Assembly: GCF_001194135.2 (NCBI RefSeq) | Contig: NC_068985.1 | Coordinates: 40,502,646 to 40,566,645 of the forward strand | DNA: 64,000 nt | Reading direction: 5' to 3' | Origin: Octopus bimaculoides | Taxonomy: Eukaryota | Shown here: piece by piece, positions 50,679 through 63,925 of the stretch | How positions within the stretch are numbered: position 1 is the first letter of the stretch | How the letters are laid out: each line of letters starts with the position of its first letter | The notes under the pieces: model-generated | Told to the model about the DNA's origin: nothing | The model's input: only the letters and a program-made list of their open reading frames with translations | Database searches by the model: none | Made by a program: the position numbers and the translations under genes

Positions 50679-51830
50679 TGTAATGAGAGTGACTTTACGT
50701 TGTGTACACAAAGTGTGATGTCATAAGTTTGTGATGTATACAAAATAAGAACACACAGTAATAGCTGCACTCTGTGTGTCATGTCATAATTTACATGGTG
50801 TCAGAAGAGGGATTGAATAATCGTCTGAATGGATTAAATAAGAAGCTTGAATGAGCTTCATCTTGAAGGCAATGTAGCCGAGAACTGGAAACGGTAGCTA
50901 CAAAGGTTTGAACTTTACCTTATGGCTAGTGAGATCGCAGCTAAATCACAGAGTATTAAGTGTGCTATTCTACTATATGTGATGGGAGAGGCCACAGTTC
51001 AAGTGTTAACTCTTTTGAGTGGAGTGAGCAAGTGGATAGCAAGAATTATGACAAAGTGAAGTCAAAATTTCAGGAATTCTGTGAACCTAAGAAAAATCTG
51101 ACAATTGGAGACATGCATTTTTCACACGACCTCAGAAACCAGGTGGCAGATTTAAAGAACAAATCTAGAACTTGTGAGTTTGGGACATTGAATGATGGGC
51201 TCATTAAAAACAGAATTGTCTGTGAGGATTCTTAGTGATAGCCTCAGAATACGGTTATTGAGAGAACATGATCAGATATGTGGAGCTACAGAAATCAGTG
51301 CACAACAATTGAAAGTTCTTAATGATAAACAGTCAACCATATCTAAAGAAATCAATGCCAGTAGAGGTCCAAGAAGAAAGTATTAACATAAAAGTAGAAC
51401 AAAAGAATACCCTCAGTGTAGACAATGTGGTTACAAACCTGCTAAAGTGTCCAGCTGCAGGAAAAGTTTGTGACAAATGTAATGGTAAACATCATTTTTC
51501 CAGCATGTGTAAAACTAGACTACCATCTAGGCATGACAGACAAGACACTAGAGAGAGAAAACACAAAAATGTTCATACTGTTGGCAATTCTGAAGAAATT
51601 GAAGAATTTGAAGAATTATTCATTGGACAGATGACCACCAACGAAGATGATGAAGACTGGTATGAGACTTTATTAATCAACAAGAAACCAGTGAAAATCA
51701 AACTGGATACAGGTGCACTGTGCAATATTTCCAAATAAATGTTCAACAGTTTGAATTTGAATAATAAGGAACTGTCAAGATCAAAAGTGAAACTTGTGTC
51801 ATACTTCGAAGAAAAAGCGATTCCCACTTG
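50679..51830 (+). mobile_element. Ty3/Gypsy LTR retrotransposon 5' remnant: short LTR, tRNA-Leu PBS, gag with zinc knuckle, aspartic protease
   Basis: TGTAA(50679)...TTACA(50795) then TGGTGTCAGAAGAGGGATT. Frames give LHLEGNVAENWKR*LQRFELYL, KFQEFCEPKKNLT, CDKCNGKHHFSSMC (51469-51510) and KIKLDTGA (DTG 51706-51714). Frameshifted; no RT seen. Confidence 0.85.
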
Positions 51831-52559
51831 GACAGATAGCACTACCAGTATTAACAACACATTGACACTCTCTCATTGGCACCCTAATCATGTCATTGTT
51901 GGGTCCCTATTCAGCCCTGGTTAAGCAGACCTAGGATCAAAGGCATTCCATCTGTGACCTTCCCATTTTTTACCTATGTACAGAGAACCCAGGACCACAT
52001 TATCCAACATATCCTTCTCCAAGACAGTGTGTGATTTGAGGAAGATTTAGCTGCTGTATTTTGTAGATTGAGAAACCATGCAGAGGCTCTCTCATTGGCT
52101 CATGATGTTATTGTTTGTAGTGGTGGTAAGGCTCCAAACAGCATTACATACCTAACTATAGCTCATATGAAATATTAAGTAATTCTATCAGTCTTTCACA
52201 GAGCTCCAGTGTTAAAATTGTTTGACTCATATTCCAATATGTTAATATATTTCATGTTCATATGCTGGATATATGTTCATTTTGTCAGAAGTGATTTCAT
52301 TCTATCTGGTACCAAATGGAAGTAGGAATATCATCAAAGTTGTTGCTAGCATTGGTGTTATTATTGTAAATAATGCTCTGGAAAAAATGTTATACAAAAT
52401 ATTTAGGTTGGTCATTCTTCAGACCTCATTGTGTTTTAATTTTGCTTCTCAGTTTACTTCAATTTATTGAAACAAAGCAGTTCTGTGAAGGGATCTGACT
52501 GAAACTAAGTAGTCATATAATAAAATTGTTGGGCTTTACATGAAATGAACAAGTTATAA

Positions 52560-53220
52560 GGAGGTGTAGGGCTCTATCTGAAAGTGTTATGGAGTGAAGG
52601 GCTATGCATGAAATGATGCAGTCATGTCAAAGTGCAGAAAGTGTAAGGTTCTGTCTGAAATGAGAAGTGTAGGGCTCTGTCTGAAGTAAAGCAGTGATGT
52701 GAAAGTTTTGGGCTTTGTTTGAAAGGAAGCATTTATGTTGATGTATAATGAAGGGAAGATCTGTGACATGAAGCAGTCACCTGTAAGTGAAGGGAAATGA
52801 AGGGCTCTGTCTTAATTGAAGCAGCTACATGAAAGTGTAGTGAAGTGGAGGGCTATGTCTGAAGTAAAACTGACCTCTGTCATAAGTGTAGTAAAATGAA
52901 TGGCTTTAAACCAATCATGAGGAAGCAAAGAGCTCTCTCTGAAATGAAGTCATTTTTTGTAAGTGTACTGAAGTGATGGGCTTCAATTCATTGAAAGGAA
53001 TCATGAGGCAGTGTTGTGAAGTGAAGGGTTCTTGTTTAAAATGTGGCAACTGTCAAGTGTGTGTGTGTGTGTGTGTAGTGAAATAATGGATACTATCTGA
53101 AATGAAGCAGTCATATAAAGTGTAGGGTAGTGAAAGGCAGTAAGTAGGCTTATGGAGCAGAGGTAAATAAACAATACAAAGCTTGGCAGTGTAAGAGTTG
53201 GATGCAAAGAGCTTTGTGGT
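52560..53220. repeat. Degenerate minisatellite (~45-50-bp unit, AAGTGTAGTGAAGTGAAGGGCTCTGTCTGAAATGAAGCAGTCA-like)
   Basis: AGGGCT(C/A)TGTCTGAA and TGAAGCAGT motifs recur roughly a dozen times. Confidence 0.7.
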
Positions 53221-53699
53221 GCAGAAAATAATTTTATTATTTGTTACCTCATTCAAATCTCAACAAAGATTTTCTATTCATCCTTTCTAGACCTGTCTGA
53301 ACTATCATTATACAATGATAAAATCTGATATGTAGCTGTAACTGTTTCAGCTTGCACTTTGCATGTTTAGTCAGCCTCCTCTGAAGTTGCTCTAGATAAT
53401 TGAACCCATTACTTCCTGTCAGTTGCCAACTCACTGCAAGATGGAAGCTACTATCTGTTCCATAGCCAAAGGCCACAAACATTAAGGCCAGTTAAAGCTG
53501 CCTGGACTTGATAATATTCAGTTAGGGTTTGAGCTATCCTCCATATCAACACCACCATTACTGGTATGGATATGGATGGGGATTAATGGTAGCACTTGTT
53601 AGTGTGTCGACCAGTCAACAACAGATGTAGTTAACCATCTGAGAATATAAATATATCACATTGAAAACCTCCAATGAACATGCAATGTGATATATATTT

Positions 53700-54043
53700 G
53701 AGTATGTGGCACTTTGGGCAAGTGTCTTCTACTATAGCCTCAGGCCATCTAAAGCCTTGTAAGTGGATTTGGTAGACGGAAATTGAAAGAAGCCCGTCGT
53801 ATATATGTCTATATATATGTATGTGTATGTATATGTTTGTGTGTCTGTGTTTGTCCCCCCCAACATCGCTTGACAACCGATGCTGGTGTGTTTATGTCCC
53901 CGTAACTTAGCGTTTCAGCAAAAAAGACCTATAGAATAAGTACTAGGCTTACAAAGAACAAGTCCTGGGGTTGATTTGCTCGACTAAAGGCGGTGCTCCA
54001 GCATGGCCGCAGTCAAATGACTGAAACAAGTAAAAGAGTAGAG
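53700..54043 (+). mobile_element. Young family-B SINE lacking the tRNA head
   Basis: ctttgggcaagtgtcttctactatagcctc...internal TA/TG repeat...ggcggtgctccagcatggccgcagtcaaatgactgaaacaagtaaaagag. CpGs retained. Confidence 0.85.
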
Positions 54044-57000
54044 TATCTATGTATTTTCTTATTTCTATTCCTTTCTACATATAGACAACCATATTCATAC
54101 ACATGCTATGCATTCATACTCAACTCACATCTGTGTGCATCTACATATATACATGACTGTCTTGTTGATGCTGCCTAAAATCCATTGAAAGACTCTTCTC
54201 AGTTGGAAATCAACTCTTTATTTGTTAGAGATTTTACAAATAAAACCAGATCACACACACAATCAAATCTTTCAACTTTAGGCAATGTTGACATGCCTAA
54301 GTATAATGAGCTCATTGTTTTTTAATGGCAAGCAGAAGAAGGCGTCAACCTCTTTAAATGACACATGAAATAGCATTATGCAATTTGGCATTAACACAAT
54401 GTACTTCATTCACTTTTAATATTAAAGATAATTTGATTATGACTAATTCCCCTAACACTATTCTGAATAAAATGTCACTCTGAAAATATTACATTGATGT
54501 TAGAAGTCACCTGTAACAACTTCTCTGATCAGTCAAACCAATGCAAGAGCTTCTGTATAATCACTCAACGTCTTTTGACCTATACAAAAACGTTTTACTG
54601 CTCTGAAATGGAAACCAAGAGCTAATTAAGAAACTCAGTACAAGTCAACAAGGAAGCTTCCAGATGGTAATTCAGTCTGCTAAAACTAGAAGCTAAATCT
54701 TTCTCTGTTCACACCCTACCATCTTAAAAAGGACGGACACATTAAATAATATAGTTTTCTGGTACAGTTTCGTAGCTCTGCTGGATTAGAACTGACCTGA
54801 GGCTGAGCAATAACAACAACAGTTATATAATCTTAGAATACCTTTAATCATGGATCAACTTGATCATAGTTGAGGATGGGATTGACAACTTACTCAGTAT
54901 AATGTCCAAATCTTTAAAATTAGAAGCACCCAATCCAATAAAGTAGCCTCTATGTAATAGTGCCATATTCTAATTTAGTCTCTAAAGCTCCCACAACAAA
55001 GTTACCTATTTAGAATGGAGACCACTTGAACAAATGTACTGTTTTCAGTGGCATGTTTGACGTGCTTTCTGTTTTAAAATATGTCTCAAAAAATATTAAC
55101 CACAGCCAGATCCTATATGCAAAAGCTTTAACTCACTAAAATCTTTATCTTCTGCATATGCATTGCTGAACTTGGGGTACATTTAATGTGCCAATGCATC
55201 TTGTACACCATCAAATACAGTAGTTTTGGGGGATTTTCTTTTTTAACTGCCTAATGTAATCTTAGTAATGAAAGAAAGGCTTAAGCAGAGCTAACCACAG
55301 TTATTCAACAACTCTTTGTAATTCCCAAATTTCTTATTCATGAAATTGATTAGAAGTTTTACAGCAGTATCCTTCCTGTTTGTGCTACCATCTCCATTGT
55401 TCACAATCAAGAACAACTGGTTAGTTGTTAACCTTCCTCCCCAGTGACCCTTTGCTTATTAAAGAAAATCAATATAACTTGTCAGGCTTGTGAAGTAAAG
55501 TTGAAGTTTTTTTGGTCAGCTTTCTAGCTGTGGACATTCAGCATTTGTGTGGGACATGTTACCCACTTCTACCACCTCTACCACCACCCATCCTACTGTG
55601 ATCACTGGGATATACCCTGCTACTTTTACAATGGACTCTACTTCCCAGAACTTATCAACTTAATGCTTGTCCACGAGATGAACCTGCTTTCGTATTCATT
55701 TCACTCTGTCTCGTTGCCCATGTTCCTGCATCTGCATCTTTAGTTTTGTTAATCTACTAATTCTTTTATCAGTCACATTAATCTACAAGGACTAGTGGTT
55801 ACCTCCAATTTCCACAGTGCTAAAGGAATGGGAGACTGGTCAGTTATAAACATCTTTCCAAAAGAATTGGACATGTTACTGCAAGCTAACAAATTGCTTG
55901 TCAAATCAACAGTGTACATAGATTTTTAAAGATTTTAATGAAGAGAGGATACAAATTACTAACCTCTCAGCTGGTCGCCTCTATACATTCATCCGTGTGT
56001 GCTGTTCCCATACATTCATCCATGTGGGCTATTCTTTAATCAGTCAAAACATGTAAATTGCTTTAATTTCTTACTTATTATTAATATCCCAATGAAAAAC
56101 TTGGAATACTTACATTTATTGTGCAGTCTAACAAAGAAAAAAAGGAAAATAATTGGAACTTAGTAAATGACAAGTATAGGCAAGGATAGTCTCAAGAATC
56201 ATTCTGAATTGGTTAGAAAATGTTTCAAATTCTCTTGTTGACACAAATCCACAAATTTGTAGAAGAGAAGTACATATAGTCATTTGAATTTATGGTAAGA
56301 CTTCTCTGAAACTTATTTTTATCTACTCTTAGAATGATAAATTACAAAACCAACTCTGAAAGGATTTGATCTTGGAATATAGAACAACATTTAGTTTGAT
56401 CTCTTGTCTTCTAAATAACGCAGACATCTGTTGTTCTTCATTGAGGAAGGACATGTAATATTAGTTTTAATTTTTCTTTTTTATCTTTGAGGGAAGGCAG
56501 TACTCTTGACCCTTTACAGGGACTTCAAAACTGGCAGGAGAGAGAGAGGAAGGTATCTGCAAAATGGATACCTGGCCCAAATGCTTGCAGCATAATGAAT
56601 TCTGCATAAGAAAATAAGGTGCCAGTTGGTGGTGTTAAACTGGGCAATAGTTAAATCTACCACCCAAGTAGGCCATAACAAAAATGAATATAATTGTGTT
56701 TAGAAGAGGTGAATAGGACAGTACACATGCACGTACACATGTACACATAATATTAATAGGGATTTATACTGATTAAAGAAGTGTGATGAGTTAGAATTGT
56801 AGAGTTTCCTACAGCAGTAGTAATAGTTAGACAGACTAAAAAATTTTCAGATAAAGTTAAGGATGAAAGACAGAGTTGCTCTGTCAGGGTTTGAAAGCAG
56901 AGTAGCGAAACACTAAACTTGTTATATGTAGAGCTTAATTATTTGTGCCAACTCACTTTATTTGTAAACACCATACATGTATTTCATTTATATTTCCTGT

Positions 57001-58289
57001 CCACAAGTGTAATCAGTTTATTAAAGAAAACATTTGACTTTAAAATCAAAGATAACCATTTGAAGCTACATTATCTTTACAGCTGGTGAAGAGTCTCTAT
57101 GTCAGTTGCTTTATTTGCAGAATAGCTGAAGTCCTAAATTTCTAGGATGATGTACTCCATACTAGTATAGAATGTCTACAATTACAAAGCTGACCAAACG
57201 ACTCTAATCTTACTTCACAAGCCATGCAATGTTCATTTGTCTGGTGATATTGATTTCTTCTTTAATAATAAAAGGGTTAAAAAGAAGTGGGTGTGGTCGA
57301 ACTATGGCTACTAATAATATTGATTTCTTAAATTGACTCAATGAGAAATTTTACGGGGCGGTTACAACCAACTGAATTTACTCCCAATACATAACTAGTA
57401 CCTTTTTTTTTAAGCCAGGAGTTAATGTAATTAAATATTGAATGACACATTTACTGGTTCTCTATTGTGTCTGCTAATCCTCCTCCATACTATAGTAGTA
57501 GTAGTATCAAATACAATAATAATGATGATGGTGGCAGTGATTTCTTTTAACTAGGACCAAGGCTAATTTTATAAGATTGTCAAGTATTGCAATGGGGTTT
57601 ATAGTTAAAATCTTATATACTTTTATAAGTAGACACAAAGCAGTTTGTAGAGGGGCATATGCAATAAATTATGTCAGATCTAGTATATTAGATAAGGTAT
57701 TAAACTAAGTACTACATACTTAAGAGTGGTAGATTGGTTGAAGCATTAGAGTATTGCATTCCAAGTTCAAATCTTGCCAGAGTCAACTTTACCTTTCATA
57801 CTCCTAAAATCAATAAAATAATGTACCAGTCAACTGACTGCCGCCCTTCAAAATCGCCTACCTTGTACCTAAATTAGAAACAATTATTATTATTACATGT
57901 ATGCATAATTATTACATCATCTTCATTACTTTACCTCTTGATAATAGCTTACTGCAAATGGTGGGTGAAAAATTGCAATCAGCTACACATTTTTCTCGCC
58001 TCAAGTCAGCTCTGATTAAGCAGATGCGTGATCAAAGCTGTTGCAAACATGATCATCTTGATTTTTGTATATGTAGGACTGTACTGGTAGGGTGTGATTT
58101 GTGAGAGATTAGGTTACTATTTCTAGCATGGTAAGAAGTCATGTAAAAGTGTCCTTGATGGCTCATCTGCTTGTACATGGAAAGCACCAAGTAAGCCAAA
58201 AGGTGGTGAAATTATATCCTAAGATGTTGAACCTCACAAATAAGCAGACAAAAGATCAAGATGAGAGACAATATAAAAAAATTGGCACC

Positions 58290-58600
58290 CTGTCGGTTAT
58301 GACAATGAGTGTTCCAGTTGATCCGATCAGCAGAACAGCTTGCTTGTGAAATTAACATGTAAGCAGCTGAGTGCTCCAAAGACACATGTACCCTTAACTT
58401 AGGTCTCAGGGAGATTCAGTGTGACACAGAATGTGACAAGGCTGACTCTTTGCATTACAGGTACTACTCGTTTTTATCAGCTGAATGGACTGGAACAACA
58501 TAAAATAAAGCATTTTGTTGAGGGACACAATGCACCACTAGGAATCAAACTCACGACCCTACAACCATGATCCGAATACCCTAACCACTAAACCAGGTGC
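58290..58600 (-). mobile_element. tRNA-derived SINE of a further family
   Basis: Minus-strand head ggcacctggtttagtggttagggtattcgg...gagtttgattcc (A/B boxes). Related decayed pieces near 28680-28850 and 44800-45040. Confidence 0.6.
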
Positions 58601-59689
58601 CTTTTTTGAGAGACCGTGTACTGTACCAAAATCCTACCTAAGTAAAGCCAGAATATTAAAAAAGGAATAAATGATGCTGGTGATATATAAATCTAACATT
58701 GTTGTACTCTAGATAATTCCAACTTTCTGCAAAACATTGAACTTTTTTTTTTTTTTTTTTTTTCCTTAATATACAAAAGAAAGCAAAAAACCAGGAAACA
58801 ATGAATTAATTTAGCATGCCAAGTGAGTGTCTCATTTTTCTGTGTTTCTATTACATCTGCAATGATAAACTGCAATGACCAATAAGTGTACCTCTATCTA
58901 AGTGTTCCCCAATCTTTTTATTAGTTCAAAACCCCTCCTTAAGCAGGTGAAGTTGAATTTGAATTCCCTGCAACTTGTGAAATGAAATTTAGCACTCTAG
59001 GTTCAGAAATACTGCTCTATGTGGTTACTCATCCTGCTAGAAATAGCAGTTAAATCTCAGGTTTTGGAGTAGAAACAATAAATTTGTCACATTCTTTTAC
59101 ATTATGAATTCATATCCCACCCAGATTTACCTTTCCTTTCTTCAAGTAAAAGTCTACAGATACAAGGATCAACATTATCAACTATTACTTTAATGATGAT
59201 ACTCCAGCTTGGTCATAGTCTAAGGATTGAAACTAGTAAAAGAATGTCATCTAAAGCCTTAGGAGTTCTTGTGAACTGGTATTTAACTTCATTTTAAAGA
59301 TGTAATGTTGATGAGAGAGAAATCTCCACTTGAAAACTAGTTTATCACTATCTCTATAATTTCCCAAATCCCAATTGTTGACAACTTGATAAGTTGATGC
59401 AGTGTAGAAAGGAAAAAAATGGGTTCTGCTCTGAAGCATTCTGAAATATGTTCCCAGATTTGAACTTGGTACAATTGTTTTCTCTCTGAATGTCTGCTAC
59501 AACTACTATTGTTACTGCACCCTTTTTATCTATGAGGGGTGGAGCAGTGCATGCAGCTGGGTAGAAACAATTGAAAATGTGAAATGAATTGGCAGATCAC
59601 TTTAGACAATTAGTGTTTTTGATTAAGTAGACAATGTAAGATTGTGTCAAAGTAAGACAGGCTAGTGATATCTGGCTCAGGCAACAATT

Positions 59690-59990
59690 GATTATCTCCA
59701 GGTTATTTAGCAATACCACCATCACCATCCACATTATCACTATCATTGTTATTACTTTCTTCATTACCATCATTATCATTATTACTTTCTTCATTACCAT
59801 CATCATCATAAGCATCATCTTTGTCATCATTACAATCACTGTCATAACTTTCATTGTCTTCATCAATTTCATAACTTCTAAGACCATCAACATCACCATC
59901 ATCATCATCGTCATCATCTTTTAGTATTAATATAATCATTCTTACATTATTCAAAACCATAATGACAATAATAATCAACAGCAGCATTGA
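59690..59990. repeat. (ATC/ACC)-rich trinucleotide low-complexity tract with a 33-bp internal duplication
   Basis: attactttcttcattaccatcat occurs twice in tandem at about 59749-59805. Confidence 0.85.
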
Positions 59991-60089
59991 TTTTTCATTT
60001 CTTTTTTCTCTTTAATTAGACTCTTTCACAATAGTTGCCATAGCAACTCCACCTACTACTTCAACAATGACACTCTCACAAATCAACAA

Positions 60090-60295
60090 GGTAGCCTCTA
60101 TATGGTCTCTCAACATGCTAGAAATAACAGCCAGATTTCCCTGAAATCACATACCCTGCTTTATACAAGGCCCAGACACATTAGATAACGTAGTCCCATT
60201 TACACCTAAAAAGGCAGGATAGTATGGTTGGAATGCAGTTTGCTCATAGGTTTGGTTAATCAATGTTGGTTTGGAGCTGAACCACAACAATGACA
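60090..60295 (+). mobile_element. Abundant dispersed repeat (family C; SINE/LINE 3' part ending in CAA repeats)
   Basis: ctgctagaaatagcagccaaat..ccctcaaatc..ggacaca..gatcatagg motifs also near 30600-31075, 40820-40955, 54690-54820 and 60605-60760, and inverted near 23650-23770 and 38740-39010. Confidence 0.6.
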
Positions 60296-60959
60296 TTTGG
60301 TTTTACTGGTTCTTCTTTTTATGACTGAAATGATTTGAAGCGACTGAAATATTTAAATTGATTAAACATTAGATGAGCACCTTCTTCCTTTTTCAGTTAT
60401 TTATGAGGTGACTGTACTTTCATGCTACCCTATTTTCTTGCTAAAAAGATATTTTTTAAATGCAATATGAAAGGTTCTTAAACCCCAAGTATAAGACAAA
60501 CAGTGAAAAGAAGGCTTTAACTTGTATTCTGCACATGTAATGGTTGAAATTAAATTAGTATTAAGGTATAGAAGTGGCATGGACACTATATGTATATATA
60601 CAAGCCAACCTCTTTGTGGTCACTTGACCTGCTAAAAATAGCACCCAATTCTCCCTCAAATCAACTATGCCATCTTAAATAAAGAAGGATACTTTTGGAT
60701 GTTGTTTTTGTTGTTGTAAAGCTGCTTAACTAGAGCTGGCTTAAAACTTAAACAGCAACAAAATGTACCTATGATGTATGTGTGTGGTCTGCCCAAAAAG
60801 TAAGTTAATTTCTATTTTAGATTCATTTCTTTTGAAATAATTCCTACTACCATTGGTACACCACTCTCAATGTTTTTTTTAGCTCTGAAACATATTCTTG
60901 TATGCATTTTTAGGTGTGGTGTACAATTTCCACAGCATATTTTCTTTTGTCTCTTTTAT

Positions 60960-61700
60960 CATCTGAAATTGCTGAACTTTTACTTCAAAAGAGCCTTCCA
61001 GATATAAGGAAGTCTCCAAAATATAACAACTGATATGACCAATTGTTCAGCATTGACTAACAAAGTCTACTCTGCATTGAGCAATAATTGTTAGATGGAC
61101 AGAATATGTCCATAAATCTCCTCTTTGGTCTTCTGTTTATACCATGAGATGTTTTGAGCCCTCTTGTGAAGTCTAGTGTTGGTACCATCAATGTGACCTG
61201 GAACTCTTTCTTCATAGTCCAGATTTCAGCTCTATAGAGAAGAATGTTCTCTGCACTGAAAAAAGTAAATGTTAGTGACTTTAAAATACATGATTGTCAG
61301 ATGTTTTGGAAGCTTGTTACAAGCACTTAAAGTTGGTCCCTTGCATGTAAGGAAGTTTCTCTTACTGCCAACAACATAGGATCCAAGGTCTTGAAATCAC
61401 TAACTTTCTTGAGTTGTGTGCCATTCTTGGAACAAATTAGCTGGTAGCTTTCATCTTCATTGATGGTAATGTATTCAGTTTGCTTTGACCGAGAAACAAC
61501 TCAACCTTGGCTGAAGCATTCCTTAGAATTGTTAACACGTTTTGTGCATCACAGTTGTTGAAGTGTGAAAGCTACCAGATACTCAGTGCATGTGGCAGAC
61601 GCTAAAATATCTAGCAAAGTAAGACATACACTGGTCACCTGTATTATAGTGATCCAAATAGTACAGGGTTGTATCATCCCCAGTGACTAGCATTACAATA
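60960..61700 (-). mobile_element. Degenerate RTE-like LINE ORF2 C-terminal fragment (different subfamily)
   Basis: Minus frames give TEYITINEDESYQLICSKNGTQLKKVSDF and ENILLYRAEIWTMKK, matching RTE motifs (DFKYLGS, LLYGAETWT). Confidence 0.7.
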
Positions 61701-61959
61701 CCATTGTTAACTGCTACCATTTTGCAAAGGAAATTCTGCAGGAAGGAGCAACTGCAGAGGCATCACATGGATGAATTAAGTTACAAAAGTAGCTGAAAGA
61801 GTTCACTGTTAATTGAGAAGAAAACTCGCTTAGATCAGATGCAATTTAAGTTTGTACTTGGAAGAGAAATAACTGATGCCATCCTCTTACTGGAACAACA
61901 GCTAAGAAGCTTGTAAAGTTTGTTATACTTTTGTGTATGTATACACACACACACACATA

Positions 61960-62150
61960 TTCATCATCATCATCATTTAACATCTGTTTTCCATTTCCAT
62001 ACTGGCATGAGTTGATGGGAGCTGGTAAGGCCAGTGGGTGTATCATGCTCCATTGTCTGTTCTGGCATGGTTTCTTTGGCTGGATGCTCTTCTTAATATC
62101 AACCACTTTACAGAGTGTATGAGATGCTTTTTATGTGACACCAGTGCCAG
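61960..62150 (-). mobile_element. Decayed RTE 3' tail
   Basis: (cat)n ttaacatctgttttcca...ggcatggtttctttggctggatgctcttcttaatatcaaccac. A second copy lies at about 62460-62620. Confidence 0.7.
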
Positions 62151-62919
62151 TGCTACAGATTCACTGTATTTTGTCATGGAGAAAATTTCTCACTGTAGAC
62201 AAATAGGTGTAAACACATCAAGTCAGTTTGCAGTACTCTCTAATCAGACTGGTGGATGCATGCATTTCAGAGTGGTTATCTTCTCTTCAAGTATATAATT
62301 GAGGAAACTGCTGCAACAAGTTAGTGACAAGTGGCAACCCTATCAGCAAGAGACATGCAAAGAATTAATCATTAAAATAATTGTGCTGTTTTGAATTGCT
62401 ATTAATTTTATATCAACAATGAGTTAATCAGAAGTCTTTGAGAGATAAAGGCTATACTTTGATCATCATCATCATCATTTGACATTCATATTACATGCTG
62501 GCATGGGTTGGATAGTATGATAGGATCCAATGGATTCAAGGACCTTATTGTGCTCCAATGTCTTCTTTGGCATGGGTTTTATAGCTGGATGCCCTTCCTT
62601 ATGCCAACCACTTTTTACTAGTTAGTGAGGTTGCCATGCAGCTCACAAGACTACAAACCTTGAGGGATGGTTGGCTTTATGCTAAGAGATAAGGGGTTAA
62701 GGTATGAGAGGAGGAGGGATAGGAGATTCTTGTAGAAGAACTACATGGCTACTCACATTTAGAAGAGTGGGTGAGAATGATCAGTAGAAGCTGCAAAGAG
62801 ATAAATAGTTGTGATGAGGCATCAAAAAAATATTCATCACATCTTTTCCATTTGCAGTATAATAAAATAGGACACTTATGCTCTTAAATTACCAGTCAAC
62901 TAAAAACAGGATCAAGATT

Positions 62920-63420
62920 TAGTTTCCCCTTAGATGAATACACGCATCACTAAACAAATGCCAGTATTTGAATATTAGTGCACATAAAAGTGATGGAACA
63001 TTCTGGAATTTGGGCATAGTGAAGAATTCTGGACCTCTATATGTAAAACTGCTGTTGAAATTGTTCGAGGAATTCAGAAACAAACAGGTGGTGGTTTGTG
63101 TTACTGGTGATGCAGCTATGATGATGAAATATGGAAGAGCATTGATTATGATCACAAGTTTATATGTTATTGGTAATGAAATCTATGTTTCATGCATCAT
63201 CAATAAAATCAGAAAACTTGTGAGATTCATTCACAAATCTTGCTTTAAAAATATCTTACAAGGATGTTCAATAGGAGAATAGCATGATTTATGAAAATTA
63301 GATAGCCCCTATAGAAAAATACAATTGACTATACAATCAATAAATATATGGACTATTTTGATCTCAAAAAGCAAGAAGTTATGCTTTGATGTAGAAAGTG
63401 TAAGTTGTAGAAAAACTAGG
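62920..63420 (+). mobile_element. Degenerate hAT-like transposase fragment
   Basis: LDEYT..(frameshift)..QYLNISAHKSDGTFWNLGIVK...VVCVTGDAAMMMKYGR resembles the hAT catalytic region (xDEWTS..YLNINVH..FWNLGL..TTDGASVM). Confidence 0.55.
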
Positions 63421-63595
63421 CAGTTTTTACAGCCAGGTACCCTTATCATTGCTAATTCTTATTTATTTTTCAAATAAAGGGGGTTTTTCATTCTACTCAT
63501 ATTCAAAAAACAGAGAGATATGTGATTCATTGATAGGGAAATGCCATAGATCAATAATTTTTAGAAATACAAATGAACATGCTCACAACAACAAC

Positions 63596-63658
<63 letters not shown>

Positions 63659-63659
63659 T

Positions 63660-63815
63660 CACTCTGGACTTTGTACACTTTCTGTCAACCAAATCCACTC
63701 ATAAAACATTGGTCAGCTCAGAGTTGTTGTGGAAAGCACTTGCCCAAGATCCTGTGCAGTTGGACTGAACTTGAAACCATATGGTTGTAAAGCAAACTTC
63801 TTAGCCACACAGCTA
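63660..63815 (-). mobile_element. 5' half of family-B SINE
   Basis: accaaatccactc...cacttgcccaag...ggactgaacttgaaaccatatggttg...gccacacagcta. Similar pieces at 26665-26775 (-) and 31783-31970 (+). Confidence 0.7.
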
Positions 63816-63894
63816 TTCTTGTGCTTATACACACACTCACTCACTCTCTCTCTCTCTCTCTCGTATGCACACACACATACAACATATATATGTG

Positions 63895-63925
<31 letters not shown>

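Noticed and set aside
57111-57160. Candidate third exon after ctttacag (and similar acceptors near 39935, 40575, 47243, 56330, 60830)
   Set aside because: Phase-1 reading hits a stop before any plausible donor.
58540-58600. tRNA gene
   Set aside because: A/B boxes belong to a SINE head that continues into repeat body; no complete cloverleaf. The same applies to the other SINE heads.
59597-59987. Asp/Asn-rich, Met-rich or Ile/Thr-rich ORFs (also 30374-30610, 37039-37666)
   Set aside because: Trinucleotide low-complexity tracts open in several frames on both strands, with no splice support.
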